DNA of 64,000 nucleotides from a virus (Duplodnaviria; Heunggongvirae; Uroviricota; Caudoviricetes): IMG/VR virus record IMGVR_UViG_2850808358_000005; one strand, 5' to 3'. Shown piece by piece: positions 62,470 to 64,000 of this stretch (position 1 is its first letter; each line of letters starts with the position of its first letter). The notes under the pieces were generated by a model. It saw only the letters and a program-made list of their open reading frames with translations, ran no database searches and was not told where the DNA came from. The position numbers and the translations under genes were made by a program.

Positions 62470-63894
62470 TAATGCCAGTCAGTTAAGCAACTGACTGGCT
62501 CTTTTTCGGGGCTGTGGGGTATTTCCAGGGCCTCTCCTTTACCACTCTCGGGAAGGCCCTTTCCCTTCTCGTCGGTAATTTCACAAGTTGTCCCATACTT
62601 GCAAGATCGCGCATCAGCTCCGGTATACGTCCCGGTGAAACGCCCTGCAATGTCATCAGCATTCTCATCACCATTCCGCATGATTCTGAGAAACTCAGTT
62701 GATTCGGCCAGTAACCTTTCAGATGTTCCGCCATTTTAATCATCTGATATCTCACCAGATTATAAGCCAGTAAGACACCCCACAGCTCTTGCTCCACAAG
62801 CTCCGGCTTTTTACTTCTCAGCGTCAGCCTGCTCAGTTGCATCGTCTGTTTTATCTCCCTGTATCCCAGTTCGATTTCCCAGCGATGACTGTACAGATCC
62901 GCCATTTCTCCTCCGGGGAAGCGCATGGCGTCCGTCATCGACGTCAGCAGATGGCAGACTTTTCCTTTGCGCGTCACGGTCAGCAGGCGGGCTGTCACTT
63001 CATTTCCCAGTCCCGGCCACTTTTTTCGTGCCTGCGGGCTGGTTTTCAGCTTCACCAGATGATCGCCTTTACCCAGTTTTCTGAGCTCTTCATATTGCGC
63101 TCCCTTTCTGAGAGGTATCATCCAGTGGCGGTGTTCTCCCGCCAGGCTCCAGGCATTTAACAGTCCCAGTGAGTAATAACCTTTATCCATTAACGTCAGA
63201 GTGTTATCGCCGGTTTGTTCTATAAGTTGCTCAGCAAGCTCATTTTCGCTGTTCTTCATCGTGCCGAAGGCTGCAGCCGTCAGCAGATGGCTGGTCAGTT
63301 CCATCTGGCAGACCATTTTGACCTGCGGGTAGAGCGCCGGGTTCCCGGCATGTGTCTGGCGGGGGAAGGCTGCATCGTTCTCTGGTGTATCCGGTGTGCG
63401 CCAGAACACACCATCGATGGCCAGCAGGGTCAGGCCGCACCAGTGCGGATGCGGCGTGGCGTTATGCCAGAGCTGCGCTGTTTTCGTGAACACGCGGCGG
63501 ACAGCCTCACTTCCCAGGCGCTGGCGGGCCTGAATAACGGCACTGGGGCAACGAAGGGGCGATTGCCCGGCAGCATGATGTCCAGGCGATTCACAATCTG
63601 GTGAAGAGGTTCTTTACGCTCAAGCGCCATGCCAACAATACACCAGACCATCATTTCGAGGGGAAGACGGCGCTTGCGTAGCGTTACAGTACCTGATTCG
63701 GCAAGGCAACGAGAGATGAGTTCGGGGTCGAGGTAATCCCCCAGAGAAGTCAGTGGGTTACGCAGAGAATCGTAACGGGATACCAGATCAAGAGCCTGTC
63801 CAATGTGCATAAAAAAATCCGGAAACAAGTGAGCGTTTCCGGATTCTTACACAGCCACTGGATCGGTCAACTGATCCTTAACTGATCGGCATTA
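62470..63894 (-). mobile_element. IS4, ~1425 bp, 12-bp TSD CACCAAATGCTC
   Basis: Termini TAATGCCAGTCAGTTAAGC / TAATGCCGATCAGTTAAGG; TSD at 62458..62469 and 63895..63906. Confidence 0.85.
62483..63810 (-). pseudogene. IS4 transposase with -1 frameshift
   Basis: ORFs 63430..63828 and 62483..63493 overlap in different frames; likely one base missing from a C-run near 63545..63548. Confidence 0.7.
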
Positions 63895-64000
63895 CACCAA
63901 ATGCTCCACGGTTTTTAAACGGATGAAAGTTAATATCAGCCATTGTTCAGGCTCCCTTGAGTGTTAATTTTTGCCAGACGACGCCCCGGAATTTTGAAAG

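Larger units (their letters stand above)
61889..63943 (-). pseudogene. Phage head gene (scaffold/decoration-like) interrupted by IS4
   Basis: Start MADINFHPFKNRGAFGG at 63943 with GGGAG RBS; frame resumes after the IS (...LFNVESRGLMQGDAQ...). Confidence 0.5.

Overview
Shigella-type chromosomal accessory region: the 'exciting' content is a tandem prophage array carrying two identical ipaH type-III effector genes; I found no clearly novel multi-gene system, only candidates. All calls are from reading the sequence and ORF track; no searches were run, and family names are recalled from memory. Layout: (1) a frameshifted prpA/pphA phosphatase pseudogene at the left edge; (2) an MxiE-box/ipaH module plus decayed lambda-like tail-fibre genes; (3) a near-complete ~43-kb prophage on the minus strand (Mu-like tail fibres, baseplate, tape measure, sheath/tube, head, portal, terminase, DLP12-like lysis cassette, four tRNAs, Q-like, Hok, QueH-like, replication genes) with a Rac/Qin-like early-left operon on the plus strand ending in xis/int; (4) a second identical ipaH module; (5) a degraded second myovirus prophage. 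Five IS600 copies and one IS4 interrupt phage genes. Best candidates for something undescribed: an AT-rich coiled-coil/zinc-ribbon gene antisense to the early operon, a two-gene secreted-protein moron inside the baseplate operon, a prophage QueH-like gene, and a DicF-like RNA with a Phd/ParE pair where dicB would sit.
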